Below are positions 36,501 to 44,259 of a stretch of 64,000 bases of DNA, one piece after another. This DNA comes from Iphione sp. A-MEVVRFRX5. Lineage: Eukaryota. Position numbers and translations under genes: made by a program. The stretch covers positions 67,208,001 to 67,272,000 of the forward strand of contig OZ320314.1 in assembly GCA_976226885.1 (NCBI GenBank), given 5' to 3'. Below the pieces are notes generated by a model that had not been told where the DNA came from, did no database searches, and saw nothing but the letters and a program-made list of their open reading frames with translations. The first letter of the stretch is position 1. Every line of letters begins with the position of its first letter.

Positions 36501-39500
36501 TATTCACAGTGATCAGGGAAGGAACTTCGAGGCGCGACTGATGGCGGAGGTATTACGGCTGTGCGGAGTAAAGAAAACAAGGACCACCCCCTATCACCCT
36601 CAGGCCGATGGACAGGTGGAAAGGTTCAACCGGACATTGCAGCACATGTTGGCTACCACGGTGCAGGAGCACCAGGGGGATTGGGACTTGCGACTCCCGT
36701 ACGTGACGGCAGCATACCGAGCTACACCCCATCGGACCACCGGCTACTCGCCGAACTTCCTCGCCCTCCATCGGGAAACCACGCTACCACTACAGCTGGC
36801 CTACGGAGGACCAGAGTCAGCGGAGGAGGGAACACCCTCCGAGTTTGCTGGGGAGCTTCGAGATCGGGTCCGCGCAGCGCATCGGCTGGCCTTCCAGCGA
36901 ATGAAGGAGGGGATCGTGCGGCAGAAGGACTGGTACAACCAAAAAGTGCGGCCGATCGCGTACAGTGTGGGGGAGGAGGTGTACGTGTTCCACCCCATCA
37001 AGAAACAAGGGCTATCGCCGAAGTTACAACGATTTTGGGGCGGCCCATGGATTGTCCAGGAAGCCTTGTCAGAAGCAGTCTATCGGGTGAAGAAAGGGCG
37101 GAGGGAGCGAGTCGTCCATGCTGACCTACTGAAGCCAGGGCCGAGGACCTCCGCGGAGAGGGCTGCGGGGAATTGCCCAGCGGAGGCGACCGTTACAGTA
37201 GCGAGCGCGCGGCGGGAAGTCTTAACCAATCGCTGTGAGGCGGAGGGAAGCCAGCGGTACCTCCGCGGGCGCACCGCTATAAAACCGCGCGAGAAGCCAT
37301 CGGTCGAGTCACTACGAATCCCACAACCAAGAAAGATGCCACGACGGAGGTCCAGCGATGACAAGCTTAAGTGCCATAAGTGCTCTTATGTGTGCGACAG
37401 AAAGGATAACCTGAAGCGCCACATGAAACTTCATGCTCAGTATGGGTACGCGTGGGGTTGCCCATCGCAGCGGTGCCCCGAGAAGGTGTTCCAACGGAAG
37501 GATGATCTACGGCGGCACTTGGAAACTAAACAACATGACGCGGAGGGGGGCGTGAAGCTGATGAGGAAGTCACGTGAACGGTATTACCAGTTCTTCAAGG
37601 TGGAGGGGTCCTCCGTGCTGAGAGGGAGGCCCGCCGACCCGTCCGTGGTGGAAGGAAGCCCGCGGCCTGCCCCCAAGAAGAAGCAGGCTCAGCAGGAGAG
37701 GGCGGAGGCGCCCTCCACGGAAAGCGAGGCTGAGGAGGGAGAGGAGTCGGCGGAGGTTGCAACCACGTCGGAGGAAGCGGAGGACGATCGAGACGACTGG
37801 GAGCCCCAGCCCTCCACCTCGACTGCGAGAAGCCCTCCACGGCCCCCGCCCAAGAAGAAAGAAAGTAAGCCTAAGAAGAGTGCGCGGCAGCAGCCCCCGG
37901 CCGCGACCGGCCACGACGACCCAACTCCGACCGATGAAACAGAGAAGTCCCCGCATTCGCTGTGCCGTGAGCTGAGGGATACGATTACGGGATTGGAAAC
38001 CAGGCATCCAGCCACGCCGGCCAGCTCCCCGGCCACGGTGGCCAGGTTGGTGGAGACAGCCGACAAGTTAGAACGGGCAATGCTCGGGTCCCCAGCGCCC
38101 GGGGTCGTTCTGCGGAGCAGCCCCCTCGCGAAACGGCGACTAGCGGAGGATCCGAAGAAGTCGGAGGGGGCCAAGCGAGGTCGGGGTAAGGGCCCCACCC
38201 TTTCTCCGTTGGTGGGTCGTTTAGGTGGGCAGCTCCCGAAGGTACCATCGCCGCTTCTGATGGAGGAGAGGACTCCGCCAGCCCTACCAGAGGAAGCGGC
38301 CTCCCCGAGACTCGTTACCCCGGAGGTCACCAAAGCGAAGACGGGGCGCATTTCTGCGCTATCGACACCCAGTATGCCGCCGACCCCGGAGAACCTTTCC
38401 GAGCTAGTCAAGCGCATGCAGGAAGAAGGGGGCCCCCGAGCCCCCCCCGCACGAGTGGACGAAGTGGCGGCGATGTTCAAGGCTATGTTCGGTGACTCCA
38501 TCGTCGTATCAGTCCCGGCCGGCGACGGGGCAGGGAGCACGGAGAAGATGAAGGGGAGTTCCTCGGAAGAAGAGCTTGCGGCGAAGCTTCCGGCCTCCGG
38601 GGATGACGAGGAGGCCGCCCCCGGCGACCAAGAACTTGCGGGACCCCCCGAGCTGCAGTACGTTGAAGTGGGTGGAATATTAGAAGTACATGAAGCCGTC
38701 ACGCCGGAGGCCCCTCCTCGAGTCCCGACTGAGCCCCCCCGGGGGGCTAACGACGCGCCCAGGGCGGGCCCGGACCCCAAGAAGATGGCTGCGGAGGTGC
38801 TCCAGTGGGAAGCACAACAGGCGATAGCGACGGTCCGGGCCATGGAACTCCGACAGGAAGAACAAGGAGAGGCAGCGGAGGGCAGACCACTAACCCGGCC
38901 TGGGCTCCCGGGAACGCCCTCGACCGTGGCGCGAAGGGCCACCACTCCTCCGGGGATCCCCTCGGGCACGGGGGAGAGCTCGCTGCCAACCCAGGGAGGG
39001 CCTCCGCTGACAGGCCCACCACGGCAAGGGGGGCCCCCGCCGCCGGGTACCTCGAGAGCCAAGCAACCGATGACCACCGAGGGACCGCAGGAAGAAGAGG
39101 GAACACCGCGGGACCAGCAGCAGATCCCCTCCCCGGCCCTACCACAGGGAAGGGAAGAGCATGACGGATCAGCCAGGCCGGCGCCCGCGGACCTTGAAGA
39201 AGCCAAGAAGGGGACGGAGGCCAGTACTCTTGGGCAGGAGCTCCCTCCGCGACCGGAGGGAGACGAACACGGGGGGGGTACCCGGCCGGTCTCTCCCCAC
39301 GACGGGCAGCGCGTAGACGGAAGCGAACCAGACCCTCTCCCCGGCGATCAGCGGGAAGACGGCTTGCAGGGCGACGACCAGGAGGCGGAGACCCCTCCGC
39401 ACCAACAGAGCGACGAAACCGGGGAAGGGACCAGGCCGGCCCCCCCTCAAGTCGAGCCACACGAGACCAGCGCGGGGGACAGTACCCGGGAACCCGACCC

Positions 39501-40785
39501 CTCCACGCCACCGCGAGTGGGCGAGCCTGAGGGGGAGAGCGAGCCGACTCGGCCTTCCGTCGAGGGGCGCGGAGGCAGCGCAGAGCCCCTTCCACGACGG
39601 AAGGGAGACGAACACGGGGAGGGGGCCAGGCCGGTCCCTCCCCACGTCGAGCGGCGCGGGACGGGCGCGGAGGGCGATATCCGCGAGGTCGAGCCTTCTC
39701 CGCGGCCGAGGACGGAAGAACCGGAGGAGGGGACCAGGCCGGTTCCCCCCCGCGGTGGGCCGCACGAAGGGGTTTCGTCGGGCACGACCCCGGAAAAAGG
39801 CCCCCCTCCACGACGGAGGGGGGATGAATATGGGGAGGAGATCAGGCCGGTCCCTCCCCACATCGAGCGGCGCTGGACTGACGCAGAGGGCGACACCGAG
39901 GAAGCCGGGCCTTCTCCAGTCGGGCGAGGGGAGGGGACCAGGCCGGTCCTTCCCCGTGGCGCGCCAGTCGAAGGAACCTCGGCGGGCACGGCCCTGGAGA
40001 TAGAGCCCCCTCCACGACCGGGGGGGGACGAACACGGGGAGGGAACCAGGCCGGTCCCTCCCCACACCGAGCGGCGTGGGATTGAGGCGGAGGGCGACAA
40101 CCGCGGGGTCAGGCCCTCCCCACGACGGAGGAAGGGCGGGCGGGGGGAGGAGACCAGGCCGGTCCCTCCCCGTGGCGGGCCGCACGAAGGGGCCTCACCG
40201 AGCACCACCCCGGGGAAAGAGCCCCCTCCACGACGGGGGGAGGACGAATACGGGGGGGGAGCCAGGCCGGTCCCTCCCCACAACGAGCGGCGACTGCCGA
40301 CAGCGGACTCCGACCCTCACTTGGCGGAGGGCGGAGGGGCGACAAACCAGACTGCCACGCCGCCTTCCTCGGGTCTGCACGGCCCGGAGAGGCGGCAACG
40401 GCGGAGGACGATATCACGCGAGGCGGCACGACGGCCGAGCGACGATCGGCAGGAGGCAGAGATATGGGCCCGTTGGGCAGCGGCACGACAGATCACGTGT
40501 GATGCCGACCCTCCGCAGGGGTGGTCGATAAGAACGAGCAAGGGCCGTAGCCGGTTGGCCCGCAGTGCTGACGGACTAGTCATAGGAGTACGACATGAAC
40601 TCTCCCTCGCCCGAGAGGCGGAGGCGGCTGACGCACAGACACTGTCCCGGTGGTTTGGTCGATCCACAGAGATCCCTGAGGAACTGAGCCTAGAAGAGTT
40701 TATTTTTGAACTTAGCGTAGATAAGGACTGTGCCGTTGTTGAAGCAGACGAAGTGTTTAGCGTTACTCGGGACGAGTTTGTCTAA
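33553..40785 (+). CDS. pol: Retrotransposon Pol (PR-RT-RNase H-IN) with ~1,200-aa in-frame C-terminal extension; frame is -1 relative to gag
   Basis: LVDTGAS (~33754), YLDD (34984-34995), DTDAS and RTDH (RNase H), H-x6-H...C-x2-C (36124-36246), DVLGP / SDQG / VERFNRTL (DDE). Frame is open from 33553 to TAA at 40783-40785. Confidence 0.95.
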   Translation, partial: AGGKRQAVLPVGGEGETAEELIPRVAVAETRGGGEDYRTEDEISGEMDRRSGTLTLTGTVKGRPLTWLVDTGASATIIAPQVAEEVGLQVRPKPGQRIVGADGRPLQCKGETELEVQFQTTKWLIKALVAEVEYAAILGMDVLRQRGAVVDTARGVLRLPAEDPPSAVVRVARDVQVAASGKSVIPVIVEGAEADQWMLEPERRFEVENGLRVPRSLLPGGVEETAVLCVNTSAEGRWLRRGATVGRAEAAESPEATKGTRSEDPKAGGEVVQELMKTVSDEFAEDEREALRGVLWDHRRVFQTKEGGMGRTDLIQHEIHTGNAEPVRQRFRRLPPHKRRIVEEEVQKMVAQGVLEPSRSPWASPIVLVKKKSGEWRFCIDFRRLNEKTRKDAYPIPRVDDTLDALAGGKYFSVIDLASGYWQVEVKEEDREKTAVCTPGGLYQFKVMPFGLCNAPSTFERLMEVVLCGLIGEGCLVYLDDVIIMGSTVRQMCSRLGEVLGRLEEAGMRVKPKKCQLLRREVTYLGHVVSAEGVRPDPEKVQVVAEWPEPASVKEVRSFLGLASYYRSFIRNFARRAEALHRLLEKGKKFEWGEAQQASFADLRQCLVTAPILGFPTSEGQLILDTDASADGLGAVLSQRQAEGERVLAYASRTLTRPEKRYCVTRKELLAVIFALRKFKTYVSGRKVVIRTDHGSLRWLMHFREPEGQMARWLEEIYCRDVDIIHRAGRVHNNADALSRRPCRQCGRPEGVSEEEDDCAEGVFALQVLPVVQPSEIAAIVGKDERLREVLHRLEEKNGPPEWGPETTWEERRLLMEWARLSADRGQITRRWAAEDGRTWPQTFVPEELRKTCWEEVHSGAFGGHLGPVKTAGLLRTKFFWPGLSRDVQLWGGSCPVCLERRSPPRRKRTRLQQRQPGGPWELIAVDVLGPFPETERQAKYVLVACDHFTKWAEAFPLRTLAAEETASVLVRELICRFGPPRVIHSDQGRNFEARLMAEVLRLCGVKKTRTTPYHPQADGQVERFNRTLQHMLATTVQEHQGDWDLRLPYVTAAYRATPHRTTGYSPNFLALHRETTLPLQLAYGGPESAEEGTPSEFAGELRDRVRAAHRLAFQRMKEGIVRQKDWYNQKVRPIAYSVGEEVYVFHPIKKQGLSPKLQRFWGGPWIVQEALSEAVYRVKKGRRERVVHADLLKPGPRTSAERAAGNCPAEATVTVASARREVLTNRCEAEGSQRYLRGRTAIKPREKPSVESLRIPQPRKMPRRRSSDDKLKCHKCSYVCDRKDNLKRHMKLHAQYGYAWGCPSQRCPEKVFQRKDDLRRHLETKQHDAEGGVKLMRKSRERYYQFFKVEGSSVLRGRPADPSVVEGSPRPAPKKKQAQQERAEAPSTESEAEEGEESAEVATTSEEAEDDRDDWEPQPSTSTARSPPRPPPKKKESKPKKSARQQPPAATGHDDPTPTDETEKSPHSLCRELRDTITGLETRHPATPASSPATVARLVETADKLERAMLGSPAPGVVLRSSPLAKRRLAEDPKKSEGAKRGRGKGPTLSPLVGRLGGQLPKVPSPLLMEERTPPALPEEAASPRLVTPEVTKAKTGRISALSTPSMPPTPENLSELVKRMQEEGGPRAPPARVDEVAAMFKAMFGDSIVVSVPAGDGAGSTEKMKGSSSEEELAAKLPASGDDEEAAPGDQELAGPPELQYVEVGGILEVHEAVTPEAPPRVPTEPPRGANDAPRAGPDPKKMAAEVLQWEAQQAIATVRAMELRQEEQGEAAEGRPLTRPGLPGTPSTVARRATTPPGIPSGTGESSLPTQGGPPLTGPPRQGGPPPPGTSRAKQPMTTEGPQEEEGTPRDQQQIPSPALPQGREEHDGSARPAPADLEEAKKGTEASTLGQELPPRPEGDEHGGGTRPVSPHDGQRVDGSEPDPLPGDQREDGLQGDDQEAETPPHQQSDETGEGTRPAPPQVEPHETSAGDSTREPDPSTPPRVGEPEGESEPTRPSVEGRGGSAEPLPRRKGDEHGEGARPVPPHVERRGTGAEGDIREVEPSPRPRTEEPEEGTRPVPPRGGPHEGVSSGTTPEKGPPPRRRGDEYGEEIRPVPPHIERRWTDAEGDTEEAGPSPVGRGEGTRPVLPRGAPVEGTSAGTALEIEPPPRPGGDEHGEGTRPVPPHTERRGIEAEGDNRGVRPSPRRRKGGRGEETRPVPPRGGPHEGASPSTTPGKEPPPRRGEDEYGGGARPVPPHNERRLPTADSDPHLAEGGGATNQTATPPSSGLHGPERRQRRRTISREAARRPSDDRQEAEIWARWAAARQITCDADPPQGWSIRTSKGRSRLARSADGLVIGVRHELSLAREAEAADAQTLSRWFGRSTEIPEELSLEEFIFELSVDKDCAVVEADEVFSVTRDEFV
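33559..33604 (+). promoter_or_regulatory. Putative -1 programmed ribosomal frameshift signal
   Basis: G_GAA_AAC in the gag frame at 33559-33565, 6-nt spacer, then stem ccgtcctccc (33572-33581) / gggagagacgg (33594-33604). It lies in the 34-nt gag/pol overlap. Confidence 0.65.
39589..40290 (+). repeat. Coding tandem repeat in the pol extension (units of 216/204/216 bp plus a partial unit)
   Basis: Anchors c(c/t)t-cca-cga at 39589, 39805, 40009 and 40225. Each unit reads PPRRxGDEHGEGxRPVPPHxERR...EGTRPVPPRGGPxEG. A diverged copy starts at 39244. Confidence 0.9.
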
Positions 40786-40796
40786 GAGGGGGGCAG
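40784..40796 (+). promoter_or_regulatory. Polypurine tract
   Basis: aagaggggggcag abuts the TG of the 3' LTR and overlaps the pol stop codon. Confidence 0.9.
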
Positions 40797-41084
40797 TGTT
40801 GGCGGAGGATTGTTACTTGTTGTTGGGCGGAGGGATGTTACGTGATGTCGGAGGGTTTGTTCAGGAAAGGGGCGGAGGGACGGGAAGCTAGTCTGGATTT
40901 GGCGGAGGGCGGAGGGGCGGAGGTACCGCGGAGGGATTGCTTTGTGTATATAAGTGCGAGCGGCGGAGGTCGGAGTTCAGTTGCTGTTGTTGGATTGTCG
41001 TTGCATGTGCTCTTCAGAAATAAATTACAAGTCATCTTTACTCGCGGAGTGGAACTTCTTTATTCATAATGGCGGAAGCTAACA
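40797..41084 (+). repeat. 3' LTR
   Basis: Direct repeat of 32058-32345, immediately preceded by the PPT. Confidence 0.97.
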
Positions 41085-42670
41085 TTATGTTCAATGCGGG
41101 TTGGCAAAGATATCATCACAGGGGAGGGCTTTCCGCTTTTTCGTGTATTTCTTCCGTGCGTGTGGAAAAAACGCCGGCCCCGCCGTTGGTTGTGGGAGGG
41201 CTGTGACCGCGTGTAGTATAGGAATGCGGTATTTGACCCAGGCTTCGAAGCGGCGGTGACAACAGCCCCGTTCCCCACTGTTGGCGGAGGAAACTGCTAA
41301 AAATGCGAGATAAGCCGTGCTTAAGGTGGAATGGATCCGTATGAAACCGACTAATTGGTCTCTACGTGGGCCAGCCATCAAGGGCACCTCCTCATACGGT
41401 AATATCTTTGGCCTGCAGACTGCCACTGATATCGAAGTCAATCTCCACTTTAAAATTAACGCCCGGCTCGGGCGACGAGCAGTGCGCCATGATTAGGGCG
41501 TACGTTTGCCTGCTATTTCTCGGTTAGTTACCTATCGGTCCGGACCAACTGGCGAGCTGCACGGCCGTTTTTCATTAACCACTACTTTAGGCTGCTATTA
41601 GGACGATGGCAGGCACGCAGTGACGGCTGCAGTATAATAATGGGCGTGTGGATGATGCCGAGGTGCCTCTCGACTCACCAGTCTTGTCGACGATGTCGTG
41701 CAGCTGACTAGTTTTCGATTTGTTAAGTGAAAGCCCCGACCAGGTGATCGGTTTAGCTGTAGTAACTCATCTTAATTGAAATGATTAATTGATGCCACAG
41801 TTTGGGCAAGTTGGAGTGGGGGTGGACGTGCCTAATAATGTGGCTGACTGGCGAAATCTTGGTGACTAATGTTGTGGTGAATAAGATTGGGTGTATATGT
41901 ATGTGGCTAAAATGCCTCTCCTACCCCGCAGTAGTTTTGGAGCAAGTTGGAAGGAGAGGCGGACTCACACTTTATATGAACCATTACCTAAATGCTCGTA
42001 GGGCAGGTTCTCACTGCTGGATTGAGAGTGGCCCGCGTTTTGAGAGTACATGCATATCGGCTGCCGTTTACACTAGTCGTTACCAGGCATGTGGGCGGCC
42101 GCGGGCAGTGTGTGGCTAGAGACTGGCCCTCCGGACATGAGCCTACCCTGATCTATATCGCACCAGATAAAAGAGCATTGTGCCCGTCTACTTTACTACA
42201 TTAGCCCGGAATGCAGCCGAGACCGCAGCCGCCGGTCCTTGCCGTAACCCGCCATTAGCCGAATGCTTTCTGCCGGCAAAACATTGACTTTCCCAGCGGC
42301 GGATTGGTGCCTTGTGCCCCCTGCCTCCCGTGAGATCGTTCAGATATTGGCCCCTACAAAGACCTGTCGAAGCTGGTTGCTGCCATCACCTCAACACCGG
42401 AGGCGGGCGGCGGGAGCCCGAACATGGAGTTAGACAGGCACGCACAGCAGTAACTCTCCAAAACGGCATCAGTCAGATTCCATTGCTTGTCGCACGTCCG
42501 TTGTCCGGTGTTGATCTACGGTGTTTGTTTTACTTGGGGGACTCGCAGTACACAAGGGTGCTGTAATCAAACACGCATTAAACGTCTTTTGATAGATGAA
42601 ACGGTCTACGTCGTGATAATTTCCCCGACCCAATGCCTACTCTTATACCTCCTTTGTTGCTCTTTTGCAG

Positions 42671-43418
42671 GCGAAAGGAGCGAAATACCCGCAGCGCTAC
42701 CACCGATCCCCTGTTGGACGAGACGACTCATGAGAACGACGAGAACCAGGCACAGTGCAACTGTCCCGCTAAGATATATTACTCATCCCGCCTGGAGCTG
42801 CAGCGGCAACTGCAGCGTCACGGACTAGAAAAGTCGGTTGGCGGCGAGGGCCCCCCAGGGGTGCTGCGGGCCGACGCCAACACCCTTCCCATGCCCGACA
42901 TGTGTATCATAGAGACTGTGCCCATCAACGAGATCCTCGCCAATGGCACCACCGCCTCCACGGACGGCGGCGATAGACGCGCCTCGCAGCCGCTCGACGA
43001 TGACCACCGCGAGATGCAGACCTCCTTCATCACTTTTAAACCTAACAGTAGCTCTGCTGCTGTGGCGAGCGGGGCCCCGGCCCCCAGCGTGCAGGCTGGA
43101 GCCCCCTCCAAGGACGCGTGTAAAACGTGCTGCCCCCGCGCAGCCTCCAAGGGCCTGAGGTCGCCTGGCGACACGCCGCTGTACGACCGGCGGCGTAGAG
43201 AGATCCAGACTAGTGCAGCCCCCTATGGCACGCTAGGTGAACCTGCGGGGCGTGCCAAGACCATCTATGACACGACACAAAGCAAGAACTGTGCTGAGTG
43301 TGCACGGGACCGTGAGAGCGTATACAGCACCCGCCAGCGGGAACTGCTGAACGCCACGAACCTCTCGAACAGTGTGCCCTCAGCCGACATCAGCGCCACC
43401 ACCCAGCCTGTGCGGTAA
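42671..43418 (+). CDS. Receptor gene terminal exon: ~250-aa cytoplasmic tail
   Basis: Acceptor ttgctcttttgcag| in phase 2 joins AG+G (Arg) into RKERNT..., open to TAA at 43416-43418. The six exons total 1,724 nt and are frame-consistent. Confidence 0.8.
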
Positions 43419-44253
43419 CTCCTGGAGGCTCGAGTGGCGCCGACACATTTACCCTTCACCGAGTGGCGAACGCTGGCCAATCAGGCCAGAGAGGGTTCTT
43501 TGTAAAGGGGTCTTTCCATCCAAACAGGGGACAACAGCCAGCAATTGAAATGGCTATGCAATTTAGGTGTGGTGCCTTATGTAAATGTATGAAAACGCGT
43601 CCACAGCTAGTACTCTCCGAGTGTTATATTCTCATGACAATGCCCATTGGCTATCTCGAAATTCACTTCGATCTGAACATTTCTGTGCATGGTAAATGAT
43701 GCCTAATCCTTCTTTCGCCCTAGAGAGTGCTGTTATGGATAGTAAAGGAAAACACAAAGTAGATGTGGAAAATACCGTTTTGTGTTATTTTTCGTGTTGC
43801 TTTCATCCGCGGTCTCTTCTCCCACGGCATCCAGCCCCTCGGGGAGGGGCGCCGACTCCATCATGCCCCGAAGCACAATGAATCGTACTCTCAAATCAAA
43901 ACTGTCTTAATCAATGTCAATTATTCCTCTTTTCTGTGGCGCACTTTTCCGCTCGGCATTCGAATCACACGATGAACCAGCAATCTGCGCTCGCAGCGCC
44001 GACGCTATGGCAGTTAGGCGGGGACGGGTGTGAAATTCGCCCATTTCCATCTCGGTGTGGCCGGCGGGGAGGTAATTGGTGACGGAAGGCGGCTCTGAAT
44101 GAGCTGGCGGCTGCTTGCGGCCGCCACTACCTGAGGAGGCGCCCGCCGCCAGATTAGATATGTTCCGAAAAGTAAACCTTGTGCTTCCTGAATTATTGAC
44201 CACGATGGAAAAACGTGCCATGGCACACAGCGGTTTTATTGGAAAGAGACAAT

Positions 44254-44259
44254 AATAAA
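44254..44259 (+). terminator. Candidate poly(A) signal (AATAAA) of the receptor gene
   Basis: First AATAAA I noticed downstream of the stop codon (~840 nt); no transcript support. Confidence 0.25.

Larger units (their letters stand above)
32058..41084 (+). mobile_element. Full-length Ty3/Gypsy LTR retrotransposon (9,027 bp), intact, intronic, sense to host gene
   Basis: Two 288-bp TG...CA LTRs, PBS, PPT, gag with CCHC knuckle, pol in the order PR-RT-RH-INT; no internal stops in either ORF. Confidence 0.98.

Noticed and set aside
37689-40283. Long antisense ORFs (505, 354, 338, 278 aa) inside the Gypsy extension
   Set aside because: Expected shadows of a GC-rich, repetitive sense ORF; low-complexity translations with no motifs.
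37150-40785. env gene in the post-integrase position
   Set aside because: No signal peptide, no hydrophobic TM or fusion segment, no Env-like Cys pattern.
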